Shown: positions 12,161 through 25,600 of the stretch, piece by piece | Layout: each line of letters starts with the position of its first letter | Numbering within the stretch: the stretch's first letter is position 1 | DNA from: Sphyrna mokarran | Lineage: Eukaryota | Assembly (NCBI GenBank): GCA_024679065.1 | Contig: JAGIQG010000036.1 | Span: forward strand, 12,524,001 to 12,588,000 | Direction of reading: 5' to 3' | Length of the DNA stretch: 64,000 nucleotides | Notes under the pieces: generated by a model | The model's database searches: none | What the model was told of the DNA's origin: nothing | Seen by the model: only the letters and a program-made list of their open reading frames with translations | Made by a program: the position numbers and the translations under genes

Positions 12161-14508
12161 TTTGATGTAAATTATTGTGGTCGACGTAATTCTACGTTCA
12201 AAATTAAAAAGACATTAAGAGTGTTCAACAGATAAGCTTTTGCCCTGCTGGACAGAGTCCCGAATTTGCTGGAACAATCCTCCGACTGGCGTTTAGAAGA
12301 CCCAGAGGTGATATGAGTGAAACATGCTTGGAGATGAACAAACAAGTTGGAGATGAAAGGAATTTCTTCTTTGATAGCGGGTGTTTTGGAATTTTATACT
12401 TCAGAGAACAGTGGGAACTGTGTCATTGAATATATTACCATCCATTAGATCTGAGAACAACAGAAGCCTTCAAGAGTTTTCTATGCAGTGGAGGAGAGGC
12501 GGAAAGCGGATTTGAGGCTGAGCCCTAGTCAGTCAGGATCTTATTGAACGGCACAGCTGTCTGGAGGCACTCTATATCTTCTTCCGCATAGACTTTCTCC
12601 GCAGGTTGCACAGATTTTGCACTATTGTGTAGAATTTCGAAGATTGAGCGCTGAGCTAATGTTCGAAACCCCCGCAGGAACTGATAACGTTGAAAGAGGA
12701 ATGTACATTTTCCAGTCAGAGATAACAAGAATAACACGACTGGATTGTGGGGGACATGATGTAAAATAACGGGGGAGACTCTAAAGGAGATGCAGGAGCA
12801 AGGGGACCAACCTGTGTATGCGCATAAGTCACAGAAGTGAATGTAGGCGCATTCGAGAACGAGGTGGAGGGGAAGAAATACTGGGGAGCCAGGAAATGGC
12901 AGGCGTATGTTGAATGATTGGGTCAGTCTTCACTGCGGAAAATGCTAATAACTTTCCAAAATGCTTCAACGCTCTGAGACCGGCTTCTAGAGAGGGGTGG
13001 AGGCAGGCTTGATCCAGATTTCAAAAGTGAGTTCAATCGCTCTCTGCCAAGAAAGAATGTGAAAGGATTAAGCAAGGAAGCCTGATTGGGCAGAAGGTTC
13101 TTTCAGAATGCCAGAGCAGAAGGCCTCCATCTGCACTATAACGATCATATGATGGGTAGAAATTCCAAGCATAGAAGCACACGAACAGGCTACAGCGGCT
13201 CAATTTTCTCCACTTATGATTTCGGATGATATTGGAATAGTATTGCTTAGATGGGCTTTAGGTTGGTTTAAACAATCGAGGGCTGAATGATCTACATTGT
13301 GCTGTAATATTCTATGTTTTATGTTCTATGTTATTCATAAAGCTTTTGGCAGACAAGGAGATAGTTGGCAGTGATGCACTGCCCTCTGCTGGCCCCTCGA
13401 AGGAAGAAACCAGAGACCAAAAACAATACCTTTGTATTTCTTTCAAACAGACATTTCTTTCACACGCCCCAGCTTGTCGTCTTCATAAGAAATTGGAGCA
13501 GGAGTGGGCCATCTAGCCCATCGTGTCTGCCCCACCGTTCAACAAGATCATGGCTGATCTGAAGTGGATCAGTTCCACTTTCCCGCTTTCTCCCCATAAC
13601 CCTTAATTCCGCTGTCTATCAGAAACCTATCTACCCGTGACTTAAATATATTCAACGAGGTAGCCTCCAGCACTTCAATGGGCAGAGAATTTTTTCATGT
13701 CTTATGAATAACTTCATGTCTTATCATTATTAGTATCATCAAAACAAGCTGATGAAACACACTGGCCCTCGGTCTGTTATGTTCATTAGATTAGCTCCAG
13801 AAGGGTCACTTCGACCATATCCCGCATCTACTTTGTTATCTAATTCTGAATTGAACCTTCGCGGCTCAATGCGAGAACCTCCCTGTGGTAGCGGGTCCCA
13901 CAACCTTAGCAGCCATTGAGTAAAGCAATTTCTGTTGAATTCCAAATGCATTTATGAATGACAGCTCACCCCAAAGTTCTTTTATTTCCTAATCATTATC
14001 ACATATATTAGTATATTGTGAAATATATTGCTCCTTGCGCGCTATGCAGGAAAAGAATACTCTACACGGAGAAAGAAACCAGGGAGTGCAGAATAGTGTG
14101 TTACAATTATAGCTGGGGTGTCCAGAAAGATAACCTTAATGTGAGGTTAGTCCAGTCAAAATTCTGATAGCAGGGAAAAAGCTGTTCTTTTACCCAGCCG
14201 AAGGATGCGGAAGAGAGAATCCGGGGTGCTGTTGTTCTCAACTATGCTTTCTGCTTTGCCGAGGCAACGGAAGTTGGAGACACATTCAATGGGTTAGTGA
14301 AGATGTTTGTTTTTCCCTAAAATTATAACCTCTTAGTACTGGCAAGATGGATGTTCATTTTCCTGCTTACTTTTTCGGTATTACTTTATTTATCTCTAAT
14401 ATTGATAGCTATCCTAATTTTATTGTCAAAAGCATTTTCGCTCTGCACAAAGGCTGCTAAACGCGCCGCGCAGTGCTTTGCCAAGCAGCTGTTTCCTGCT
14501 GCCTTTGG

Positions 14509-14547
14509 GGTTTTTGTTGAACTGCTCCATCTCACTGAGTCACTGTG
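14509..14547 (-). other. Perfect-consensus 23-RSS of V2
   Basis: CACAGTG-actcagtgagatggagcagttca(23)-ACAAAAACC. Confidence 0.95.
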
Positions 14548-15059
14548 AAGACTCCAGGCGCAGTAATACACGGCCGAGTGATTCACCCGCAGGCCGGAGG
14601 ACTCCAGGTTGAACTCATAGTCATTGGGTCTCTTCGCTATGAAGCCGTCCACCGGCTCATCTGGAGTGATAAACTTTGCAGTGTTGGACAAAAACAGCAG
14701 TTGCGGCTCACTCCGCGGGTATTGTCTCTACCAGTACATGTAGAGATTACTGCTGCTTCCCTCCACAGTGCAGTTCAGTCCCACTTTCTCCCTTGGAAAT
14801 TTGGAAACTGCGGCGGGAATCTGGCGGATAGTCTGAGACTTCACATCTGAGGAAGAGACAAAGAGAGGGGATCAGGAAATTAGGACACTCTGTGTAGTGG
14901 AATGAGAGGTAAAAGAGGGGGGGAGAAAAAGAAGCGAAGAAGAAAGAGGGACAGAAATGGAGAAAGCAATAGTGGTCAGCAAGTAGAAAGGAAAGTTAGA
15001 TGTTGAATAAGAATTGTTGTTGGCAAAGTTCCTTACGGTAAAACATGATGAACAGAGCC
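14548..15059 (-). pseudogene. TCR beta V pseudogene V2 (TRBV30-like): V exon 14548-14846, leader remnant 15037-15059
   Basis: VKSQTIRQIPAAVSKFPREKVGLNCTVEGSSSNLYMYW*RQYPRSEPQLLFLS...AVYYCAWSL, resembling human TRBV30 (SQTIHQWP..CTVEGTSNPNLYWYRQ..CAWS). TAG at 14728-14730; leader ATG deleted relative to V1. Confidence 0.92.
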
Positions 15060-15186
15060 TTCCTTTTCAACAGTCCTTCTTACTGGGAAGAAAAATTTCA
15101 AATTGCGATGCTCCTCCTCTTCTTCCTCACTTTTTGCTTGACAGTCCAACTCTTCCTGCTGGCAGTCCCACCCTTTTCCTGTAGCA

Positions 15187-15212
15187 GCCCCGCCCCTCAC
15201 CTCCTGATTGGT
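15187..15212 (-). promoter_or_regulatory. CCAAT + GC-box module upstream of the V leader (also 11397-11420 and 61872-61897)
   Basis: aaaCCAATcaggaggtgagGGGCGGgg is conserved at the same position upstream of V1 and V2/V3. Confidence 0.55.
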
Positions 15213-15224
15213 TTATGTGGAGCA

Positions 15225-15897
15225 TTTAGTAAGAATCTGGCAACAGCAATTTTAAATGCAACCGATTTATTTGATACTAAATCTGCGAACTTTCGGCCTT
15301 TGTGGCCTTCATCACGCGAATGAAGTGTTCGAATGAGGGGAGAATATGCAGACACTACGACAGCGGATGAATGAACATCGTTCAACAATCACCAGGCAAA
15401 ACAGTTCCCTTCCTGTGGGTGAACACTTCAGCAGTCACGGGCATTCGGCCTCCGACCTTTGAGTTCTTCATTGGGGCCTTCACAACACACGACAGCGCAG
15501 AGTCGCTGAGCAGAGACTGATAGCCAAGTTACGCACACATGAGGACGGTCTTAACAGGGATCTTGGCTTCATGTCTCGCTATCTGTAACCCCCATGACAT
15601 GCCTGGGTTAGCAGAAAACCTCACTTACTGTGCTGTCTGGGGACAATACACATCTCTTTAACCGCTGCTGTTAGCTACTTTAAGACTTGAATAGCAGGTT
15701 AGGTGTAAAGATTCGTATTCTAATCAGCAATCTTTAAACTGTCTGTGCTGATATCTGTGCTTTTGGAGACCAGACCTGATGAAGGCCACAAAGGCCGAAA
15801 GCTCTCAGATTTACTCTCAAATAAATCGGTTGGAAATAAAATTGGTGTTGCCAGATTCTTACTGAGTTTACCCCCGCCCAACGCCGGCATCTCTACA
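15225..15897 (+). mobile_element. Penelope-like element remnant: GIY-YIG C-terminus, inverted terminal repeats, 12-bp TSD
   Basis: 15349-15588 reads QTLRQRMNEHR..PVGEHF..HSASDL*..QRRVAEQRLIAKLRTHEDGLNRD. Inverted repeats ~15227-15312 / 15777-15864. TSD ttatgtggagca at 15213-15224 and 15898-15909. Confidence 0.85.
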
Positions 15898-17936
15898 TTA
15901 TGTGGAGCAGGCAGCAGCCGGAAATTGTCGATCGATCAGAGCGCAGAACCATAAAGGGGGCTTAGAGGGGAAATCCGGATTGCACCGATCTGGCTTTGCA
16001 GACTCCTGAAAATGTTGGAATATCCTTGCGACGGGTGTTTGAAGGAATACATGCTAATGGGAATAAAACGTATAATATTGGGAGGGGATTTGAAAATGTC
16101 GATGCTGGGAGGAAACTCCACTCTCAGAGGGCACCTAGAACCAAAGGGCATGGCTTCAGAAAAACCTACTGTCTAAATCAGAGATTAAGATGAATTTCTT
16201 CTCTCAAATCGGATGTTTTGTTCTCTGAGTTTTATACCTCACACACTAGGTCATTGAATGTATTCCCCAGTCAGATCTGGGAAAAAAATAGAGATATTAA
16301 AGTTTTTTTTCAATGCGGGGGGACGGGAGGCAGAGACTGGATTTGCGAATACGATTGGGAGTCCTATCGAGCGGCACAGCTTTGTGGACGGGCTGAAAGG
16401 CCTATCCTTGTTCCCGTTCCTGTACAGGTTGCACATATTGTGTCAAACGTCGAAATTAGATCGCTGATCTAATTTTCGAACCTTAGCACGAACTGATAAC
16501 ACTGAACAAGGATATGAGTTTCCCAGTGACGGACAGAAAGAACCATATGACAGAATTACACATTTATAGACATTTTCTAAACTTAGCGGAGGCGAATCAC
16601 CAATAGACATCTAATAAACCTAATAAAAAGCAAAATACTGCCAGGCTGGAAATTTGAATGAAGTGTGTAAATTACACAGATCCAGACGACAGAAAGGATG
16701 CTACTCCATTAATATAGGTGGATTGGTCAGCATGATTGTTTCATGTGTTGAGTATTACCATGGGAAGTGTGTTTCTGGGTTTCTGAGATAGGGGTTGGGT
16801 CATAGAAAGTTGCTTTTTCTAAGAGCTCATGCAGACTTAATGGGCCGAATGGCCTCCTACTGCCCTCTATGTCTCTAACTAAAACAATCAAAAGGGCTTT
16901 ATTCTATGTATTTTTACATTATGCAACACTCTCTGCACATATTTCACTTTGTCGATTACATCGCAAACAGAGATTGACTTTGCAGGAGTTTCTCTGCTCC
17001 CTGCCACTCCGGAGTGAGTTTTCGTCCAAAGTGGTCTCACCCAGTCTTCTGAGAATTCCTGAACTGATTTCCAGCTAAAACGTTCACTCTGCCGCCACCT
17101 TGTGTTTGAAATCTCCATTCCCCCCCCCCACCCCCGTTTCTTCAAACTGAAAAATAATTCTCTTTTAAACATACGGGGAGGCAATGGCCTAGTGGTATTA
17201 TGATTTGATTATTAATCCAGAAAATCAGCTCATGTTTTGGGGACCTGGTTTCCAATCTCGTCACGGCAGATGGTGGAATTTCCATAAAAAAATGCAATTA
17301 AGATGCTACTTAGGACCATGAAACAATTGCTGATTGTTGGAAAAATCCATTCTTCAATGTCTTTAAGGGTAAGAAATCTGCCGTCCTTATCCGGTCTGAC
17401 CTACATGTGACTCCAGGGCCACAGCCATGTGGTTGACTCTCAACTGTACTCTGAAAAAGAGCAACTAGGGATATACAGTAAATGTTGGCCAGTCAATGAT
17501 GCTCATGTCCCACAAATGAAATTGAATCCTCCACTCACAAGCAAGAGCTTCTCTATTTCATCACCCAGCAACACAACACTCGCCATCTGTGTCCATGTCT
17601 GCAAACATCAGCTGCCTGTCTCTGTGTGTCAGGCTTGAAAAGCGGTACTTGAGAACATATACATTTTCACCTTGACACTGTTTCCCCATTGCAAACACAA
17701 GGCATTATCTCTGGGCAGAGTCCAATTGATTCCACCATCCACACTGCAGCACATTTCCCATCAGCATAAAGTAAAAGAGAAGGTTTAAACAAGTCTGTCA
17801 AACAAGCAGGATTCCAATTCGGGTCCCCAAAGCATTAGCTAAGCTTCTGGCTAAAGCACCAACATACTATCACTAGGCCATCCTCCTTGTCAAGTTTCTT
17901 CCTGTCGAACTCATCCCTTCCAAAGCTGTCTTTGTG

Positions 17937-18158
17937 GACTCACAACACCAGGTTAAAATCGAACCAATTTATTTGATAGTAAACTCACAAGCTTGTGTGT
18001 TTGCCCCTTCGTGAGATGAACCTGATGGGATTCACCTAAGGAGATTCGCCTGACCAAGGGGCAAACCCCAAAAGCTTGTGAGATTACTATCAAATAAATT
18101 GGCTCGACTTTAACCTAGTGTTGTGTTTATCCCAGTCCAACACTAGCATGTCCACATC
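17937..18158. mobile_element. Palindromic non-autonomous Penelope-like terminal-repeat element (mirror ~58926-59147)
   Basis: cacaacaccaggttaaa..tttatttgatagtaa..cacaagctt is inverted around a short spacer; same tail family as 22652-22750 and 48895-49030. Confidence 0.7.
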
Positions 18159-20756
18159 TGTGGATTCTGCCAGTGGTAAGGTCTCACCTCTCTTTATACA
18201 TCTTCATCGAGAATGTGAGTTCACTTGTCAACTTGATGTGATGGTCACATCAGGATCAATGCCTTAAGATAGTGCTTGAGACATGATGAAATATTTCTCC
18301 TTAATGAGGATTGCATATTTGGTTACGTCCTCCACCAATTTCCGTGTCAAACCCATACTGGTAGAAATGTTTTCCTTGTCACACAGATCCTGCTACCCCA
18401 GCACCTTTTCACCCTTCGAGCATCTCACCTTGTTCAACCTATCTCAGCTCTCTAATTCTCTTTTGCTCTTCCAGGTCCAACAAAATTTTATCACCAATAT
18501 ATCTTTATGTTCCTACCTCAGTCTCTGTGCTCAAAGACATCTCGTAGGAACATAGGAAAATTGTGATGGAGAAGTGACTGATTCTGTCAGCATTGGCCAC
18601 AAAAGAGAAAAAGAAAAACTAACCACTCATTTAAATCGCATTACTTAGCACTTTGTTTGAAAGTTACAACACTTTAGAGGAATATCCAGATAACTTGTAA
18701 ATAAGTTGAGCACTTCAGCCTCAATGAATTCCAAGTGTCCATTACCTGATGAGTGGAAAAGTGGTTCTTCATGTCCCCTATAATACTTCTACCAATTACC
18801 TTAAATGAATGCCCCTTGGTATTCGAGCCCTCATCTAGGGCAAAACAACTCTTTCCAGTCAACCCTGTCTGAACTCTTAATTTTGTATGACTTAATTAGG
18901 TCACCCTTTAGCCCCATCTTTTCTGAAGAAAATTATCTAGGCTAACTAATCTGAGGAAGGGAGAAACCTTGGAATGCAGGTCGACAGTTCCCTAAAGGTG
19001 ACAGGATTGGTGGACATACTGGCCAAGAAAACATATAGAATGGTTTCCTTTATTGGATAAAGTTTAAAATACAAAAACAAGGATGTAGTGTTAGAACTGT
19101 AGAAAACACTGGTTACGCTGAGCTGGAAGTTTGCATATAGTTCTGGTCATCACATTACAGGAAAGACACAATTATACTGGACAGAGTGCAGAGAAGATGC
19201 AGAAGAATATTCCCAGGGCTAGACAGGATAGATGCAGGGAGGATATTCCCAATGGTGGGGGACTTCAGAACCTGGAGTCCCTGTGCGAGCATAGCGGGTA
19301 GAAAATTTAAGACTGAGAGGAGAAGTTCTTTCCTTAGCCATCGACTGTAAGCCCATCACCACAACAAATGATTGACGTCAAAATGTTCAGTTTCCGCAAA
19401 CGAATTAGATATAACTCTTGGGATGAAAAGAATCAAAGGATATGGTGGGGGGGGGAAGGAACAGGCTTTTGAGTTGGTCAATTAAGCCAAACCATAATGA
19501 AAGGTGGAGCAGGTTTGAAATGCCTATTGATCTACTTTTTTTTATGTTTATATGTTAACTATCCTCTGAAATTCAGTCTGTTCAGTCACTTTGGGATGGG
19601 TAACAGGTGATGGCATTGCCAGCTTTAAACACACCTTATATTAAACGAAAACATACTCGTTCACTGGAAGCAAGGGAGACAGGGCAGAAATGGGGGTGCA
19701 AGGCAGGGCAGGTCAGCTAGCACAGGAATGATATGTGAGTTGATGCAGCAGTAGGAGATAGGCAATGAGATCTTTGGAATTGCTGAAGTTTGAGAAGTGT
19801 GTGAGAATAAAAAGCTTGCAAGGGGGTTGTTGGCAGAAGATGGGACGTACAAATGGGCTCTGTGTTGGGCCGGAAATGGGGTCAAAAATTTCAAGTGGGA
19901 TCAAAAGTTTGGGGAGATTGGAACTAATAAATGGCAGTGAACTTTGCAGAGAAGGTAGGAGTAAATATAGAAAAATGTTCTCATTAACGGATGGATTGAT
20001 GACCACAGGCACTTTCTTGAAGTGATTGGCTGGGTTATATTAATATTAATATTACTCACTGCATTATTATGCAGTGAGTTGTTAGAATCTGGAATGCACT
20101 GCCACAGTGTCAGGAGGGGCAAATACAGTCAGGTCTTTCAAAAGGAATTTGGAAGGGACACAATTAGAAAATCTTTGAGGAAAGGCAAAGGGAGGTGTGT
20201 TGATCTCGCAGAGAGCCAGAACGATCCCAATAAGTAGAATGGCCTTCTATTGTGTTGCAACTTGTCATCTGATATTTAGTTGGAGAAAATACATTCAGAA
20301 TGCATACTTTGGTTGCACCCTATCTGTTAGCTTCAAATGGAAAGGCGGTGGGAACTTGAAAGGCAAAAAGGAATAGGGGCATCAGATTAAAGTTGCAGTT
20401 CACACAACAGTTGGAGATGCAAAACTATTAAAATTTAAAACATTTCCAGGAGCTACAATGAACAAGACAAAACATTCAAAAATAAGAAAATTAATGGCAA
20501 TTTGCATCCACATTTTCATCTGTATAATCTTTTTACAAACACTGGAACTTGCCTTCCAGTCACACCATGTCATTCCAACATGTGATTTTCAAAGTCATTT
20601 CCTAATACAAACTTGGAGTAGGCATTTAGTGAAAGTCTGCGGCGAAGATTTCTACAGTGCACAAAGGAGGCCAATCGGCCCATCAAGTCTGCACTGACCA
20701 CATTCCCACCCAGGCCCTAGCCCCATGCATTTAACCTAGCTCGTCTCCCCGACACG

Positions 20757-21412
20757 AAAGTAGGCAGTCAAGTGGAGAGGGTTGTTAAGAAGGCATACGG
20801 AGTCTTAGCTTTTATTGGTATTGGGATTGAATTTCGGAGCCGCAACGTCATGTTGCAAGTGTTCAAAACTCCAGTGCGGCCGCACTTGGAATATTGTGTG
20901 CAGTTCTGGTCCACACATTATAAGAAAGATATGGAGGCTTTGGAGAGAGTACAGAGGAGGTTTACCAGGATGTTGCCTGGTAGGGCAGGTCTTATGAAGA
21001 GAGGCTGAGGGATTTGAGGTTGTTTTCGTTAGAAAGTAGGGGGCTAAGAGGGGACCTGATCGAAACATATAAGATGATTAGAGGTTTAGATAGGGTGGAC
21101 AGTGATAGGCTTTTTCCTAGGATGGAGAAAGCTAGCACGAGGGGACACAGCGTTAAATTAAGGGATGATATTTATAGGACGGATGTCAGAGGTAGGTTCT
21201 TCACCCAAAGGGTGGTTCAGGAGTGGAATGCCCCGCCTGCAGCAGTTATAGATGCGCCGTTTGGTGGCGTTTAAGAGGTTAGTTGTTAAGTATATGGAAG
21301 ACAAGGGAATGGTTTAGTTTGGAGGGGCATTGCTTTTTATATTGGTCGGCGCAACTTCGAAGGCCGAAGGGCCTGTTCTGTGCAGGAATGTTCTATTTTC
21401 TTCTATGTTCTA
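20757..21412 (+). mobile_element. CR1 3' fragment, same young subfamily
   Basis: [27 protein letters not shown]; frameshifted. Confidence 0.9.
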
Positions 21413-22460
21413 TTTATCATGGCTAATCAACCTAATCCGCACACCTTCGTACTGTGGGAGGAAAACGGGAGCACCCGCACGAAACCCATGCATCCGCGGG
21501 GAGAACGTGCAAACTCAGCTTAGACGATGACACAAGCCGGGAATCAAGCCCAGATCCCCACTGCTGTGAGGCAACTATGCTAAGAACGGTGCCACCTTGC
21601 CGTCCAGACATTTCTTGAAGGAAGTGAGTGACCGTCACTGGGATACAGATCCTTAAAGTGCTAACACTCACTGTGGTATAGTTCCTGAAGTTGCTGATTC
21701 TGACTGAGTACAGTTCCTAAATGTATTGCATACAAGGCTACAGACAAGTATTTGGAAATGGGATTAGAACAGATAGAAGCCTGATGGCTGCAACGCTCAG
21801 GACTTTCCGGCTTGTAAAACCTCATTACTCTCTCTATGTCTCTGGTAAGACGATTTCTATAGTGACAAAGTATGATCTTGCATTGTTGAAACACTTCATT
21901 GGCGCTTGAATCTGAATGATTGGGTATATTAGTAACATTTGATCCACTTGATATCTCTCCTAATTTTTACTTAGATTGATTGCAGCAATATGCATGTTAG
22001 CCTACGAGTTGCCACATTTGCCTCAATCAAGACGATTGTGATACCAACAGGCCCTCTATACTCATTTGAGAGCAGAGACAGCAGAGGTTACTGCTGCTGT
22101 TCACCAGCAGGTGTCAGCGTGGCGGCACAATGCATCAGCAGGATCCCAGTGTCTGGGAAAGATTGCAATGTGTGCCCTGGAATTACTTAGACATGTCCCC
22201 TTTACCAACAAGGAATAAATACTCCCACTCCCAGCACTGGGCCCTTCAATCAGTGTATTTTATTTCACCATATTGTAAAGAACACTCTAAACGAATTAAA
22301 GAAAACGAATTAAAGAAAATGAGACGCAGACGGTGAGAAATGGGAAATCAGTGAGATGGCATAAGAGAAATCCCATCAATGACACCCGGAATATTGTTTT
22401 GAAGAGATGCTTATCAATGTGACTTTCAGGCGCATCACCGTTGCTTCATTGCAAGCTGTG

Positions 22461-22609
22461 TTATACGATCTTACACAGCTTTTGGTCATAATTCACAAAC
22501 TTTGAATCGAAAAAGTCGCTGTACTCCCTGAAGCACAGGGCAGCTTCTACATCACATTCGCACACCTTCTTATTGCACTTTGACAGAGTGGTCTGCCACC
22601 AGGAGGGAA
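22461..22609 (-). CDS. PLA2-A2 exon 4 (Asp99, stop)
   Basis: (V)PSWWQTTLSKCNKKVCECDVEAALCFREYSDFFDSKFVNYDQKLCKIV*; tttcttttcag acceptor, phase 1. Confidence 0.92.
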
Positions 22610-25600
22610 CTGAAAAGAAACGAGATCAAATATAAACACAAAATAAATAGTCGCACAACACCAGGTTAAAGTCCAACAGGATGATTTGGTAGGACGAGAT
22701 TTGGGGGGGGGGGCTGATCCTTCATCAGTCCAATGCTGGCAACTCCACATCCAGTGTATACACAGTGTAGAACACACACTTAACATTGGAGGAAAAAAAA
22801 TAATATTCGCGCTACTGTTTTGAGTGGGGGCGAGCTATGTGAGATTTTGCAATGATCTAATAATCTTCATTGTTGCTGGCTCCTCAATGATTCACAGTGG
22901 CTTCTAATATATGAGCTACATAACATCGTAGAATGTCTCTAATGTGTGAGTGCCTCAAGTTCCTGATTGGGGAAGAATTTGGGGTTGGGATAGATGGATT
23001 CTGAAGCAGAGGTGATTCTTGTCATCTGCATGATGATGGGGGTAGTTTCTGGTCTTCGGTTGTGTGCTCCATCCTTTATATTGTCAGGAGTGTCCTAATA
23101 CTGTGAAAAAAAATTCTTGCAAGCTATGCAGACTATGCCGGCCGTTCTCAAAAAAGAAGTGGGCAGAAAGTAGTTTACAATCATAACTAGGGTGTAGATA
23201 AGGAAAGATCAACTTAGTGCAAGACTGATGGAAGCAGGGAAGAAGCTGCTGTTGAGTCAGTTGGTACATGCCCTCAGACTTTTGTATCTTTTTTCCTGAT
23301 GAAAAAAAGAGTGGAAGAGGATATGTGCGTGGGATCCTTAATTCTGCTGGCTACTGTGGCGAGGCAATGGGAAGGGTAGACAGAGTGAAAGGATGGGAGG
23401 TTGCATTGCATGATTAACTGGACTTTATTCATGATTTTAGAGCTTCTTGCGATCTTGGACTGAGCAGGAACTTGTACCAAGCTATGACACAACCAGAAAG
23501 AATACTTTCTGTCATGCATCTGAGAAAGTTGGTGAGAGTCGTAGCGGGCATGCCAAATTTCCTTAGCCTACTGTGAAAGTAGTGGGATAAGTTAGCTTTA
23601 GTAACTATGGTTTTGGTATAGGAGGACTAATACAAAGTTGTTGGTGATCTGGAAACTAAAAACTGGAAGTTTTCGACCATTCCTACTTCGCCCTCATTGA
23701 TGTACAGAGGGGGCAAGTTCACCACTATGCTTCGTGAAGTTGATGACTGTCCCCTTCATGTTGTTGACATTGAGAGAGAAATTATTGTTGTCACACCAGT
23801 TCACCAGGTTCTCTATTTCATTCCTATATTCAGTCTCATCATTGTTTGAGATCTGACCCACAATTGCGTCATCAGAAAACTTGAAAATCGGTTTGTAGTC
23901 AAAGTTGGCCAAACAGTCCTAGGTGTATAAGACGGCTTAGGACACAGCACTGTGGGGCACCCGCGTTGATGATGATTTTGGAGGATCATGTTGCCTATCC
24001 TTACTGATTGCAGTCTGCGGATTGGGTAGTTCAGGATGCCTGTGTGGATTTCCTCTGAGAACCCTGGTTTCCTGACACAGTCCGAAAGCTGGTTAAGTGC
24101 ATTGGTCATGCTTAATTCTCCCTCAGTGCACCCGAACAAGCGCTAGAATGTGGCAAGAAACGGAATTTCACAGTAACTTTATTGCAGTTGTAATGTTAGC
24201 CTACTGGATGTGTTAATAACTGCTTAACCAGCTTTCGGACTGTGTCAGGAAACCAGTGTTCTCAGAGGAAATACACACAGGCATCCTGAACTACCCAATC
24301 CGCAGACTGCAATCAGTAAGGATAGGCAACATGATCCTCCAAAATCATCATCAACACGGGTGCCCCACAGTGCTGTGTCCTCAGCCGTCTTATACACCTA
24401 GGACTGTTTGGCCAACTTTGACTACAAACCGATTTTCAAATTTTCTGATGACGCAATTGTGGGTCAGTTCGTAGCTCAGGGCTCAGAAGAATATAACAAC
24501 TCTACTTAACAAGGAAAGAAGACAGAAAGCAGGAAGCTGTAGGCCATGGAATGCTTCGTAAACGTGGGATCTGGCTGTCGTTGTATATGAATGAACAAGA
24601 GTTACCCTGCGGAAAAGGGAAAGGTAGCCTATGTTAAAGGCATCTGTAATTCTGGTGTCTTCAGGGTCTGGACCACAAAATCTGGAATGCTCTCTCTCCA
24701 CCTTCCTACCGCTATTGAAATATTCTCTAAAATGACTTTGATCAAAGCTTTAGGTCACCTGAAGCCACTTTTTATGTTTCATTATTGTAAAGACATCATA
24801 GAAATGGAACTTGTTGCATATTATTGGTGTTGGCCTGTTCAAGGAATGGAATGGTTAGAGAGTCAGTGGCAAATCCAAAGATCAAAAAAGAGTTCTTTGG
24901 TGTTTTACTTACCACACGTGGGAATTTCATTTTCACAGTTTATACCATACCATGTCATTTGAATAGAACATCCCATCTTCTCCGCTTCACTATAACAGTT
25001 ATCGTGCACTTGACAGCATCTGAATAGGTTGACAAACATGGGTGAATGTTACTTTAGTTCCAAACAATAGAAGTTAAACATGCTGCATGTTTACCCGGCC
25101 TGGCCTACATGTTGCGCAAGAGCTACAGCAATGTGGTTGACTCTCTATGCCCTCTGGCAATGAACGATAACCGCTGGTCCAGCCAGCGACGCCCATCTCC
25201 CTTGAATTATAAAATAAATCTTCAATACTGTCGATAAAAGCAGATTACGTAGAATGCAGGATCTGAAACAATAATAAGAAAAGCTGGAAAATCTCAGCAG
25301 GTCTGAAGAAAGGTCATCCAGACTCGAATGTTGTCTCTGCTTTCTCTCCAGCCATATTGTCAGATCAAATTCAGTTAACAGTTTAAACACACCCAATTAT
25401 TGCCGACAGCGGTTCTGAGTGACAAAATGTTATTTCAATGGACTGGAGATCAATTTCTCCCAGTAACACGTATAAATTAGCCCACTATACCCTATAAATT
25501 ACCCAGGTAAATTATCCCCAGTAACCCCCTATAAACTATCTCATATGCCCTATAAATTAACACAATGTACCCTATAAGTTAATCCTAGTAACTCCTACAA

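Larger units (their letters stand above)
13084..22740 (+). repeat. Large inverted duplication, left arm
   Basis: Mirror coordinates sum to 77084; near-identical, with rare substitutions (ATSKAEG/ATSKTEG, RTNGL/RTNEL). Confidence 0.95.
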
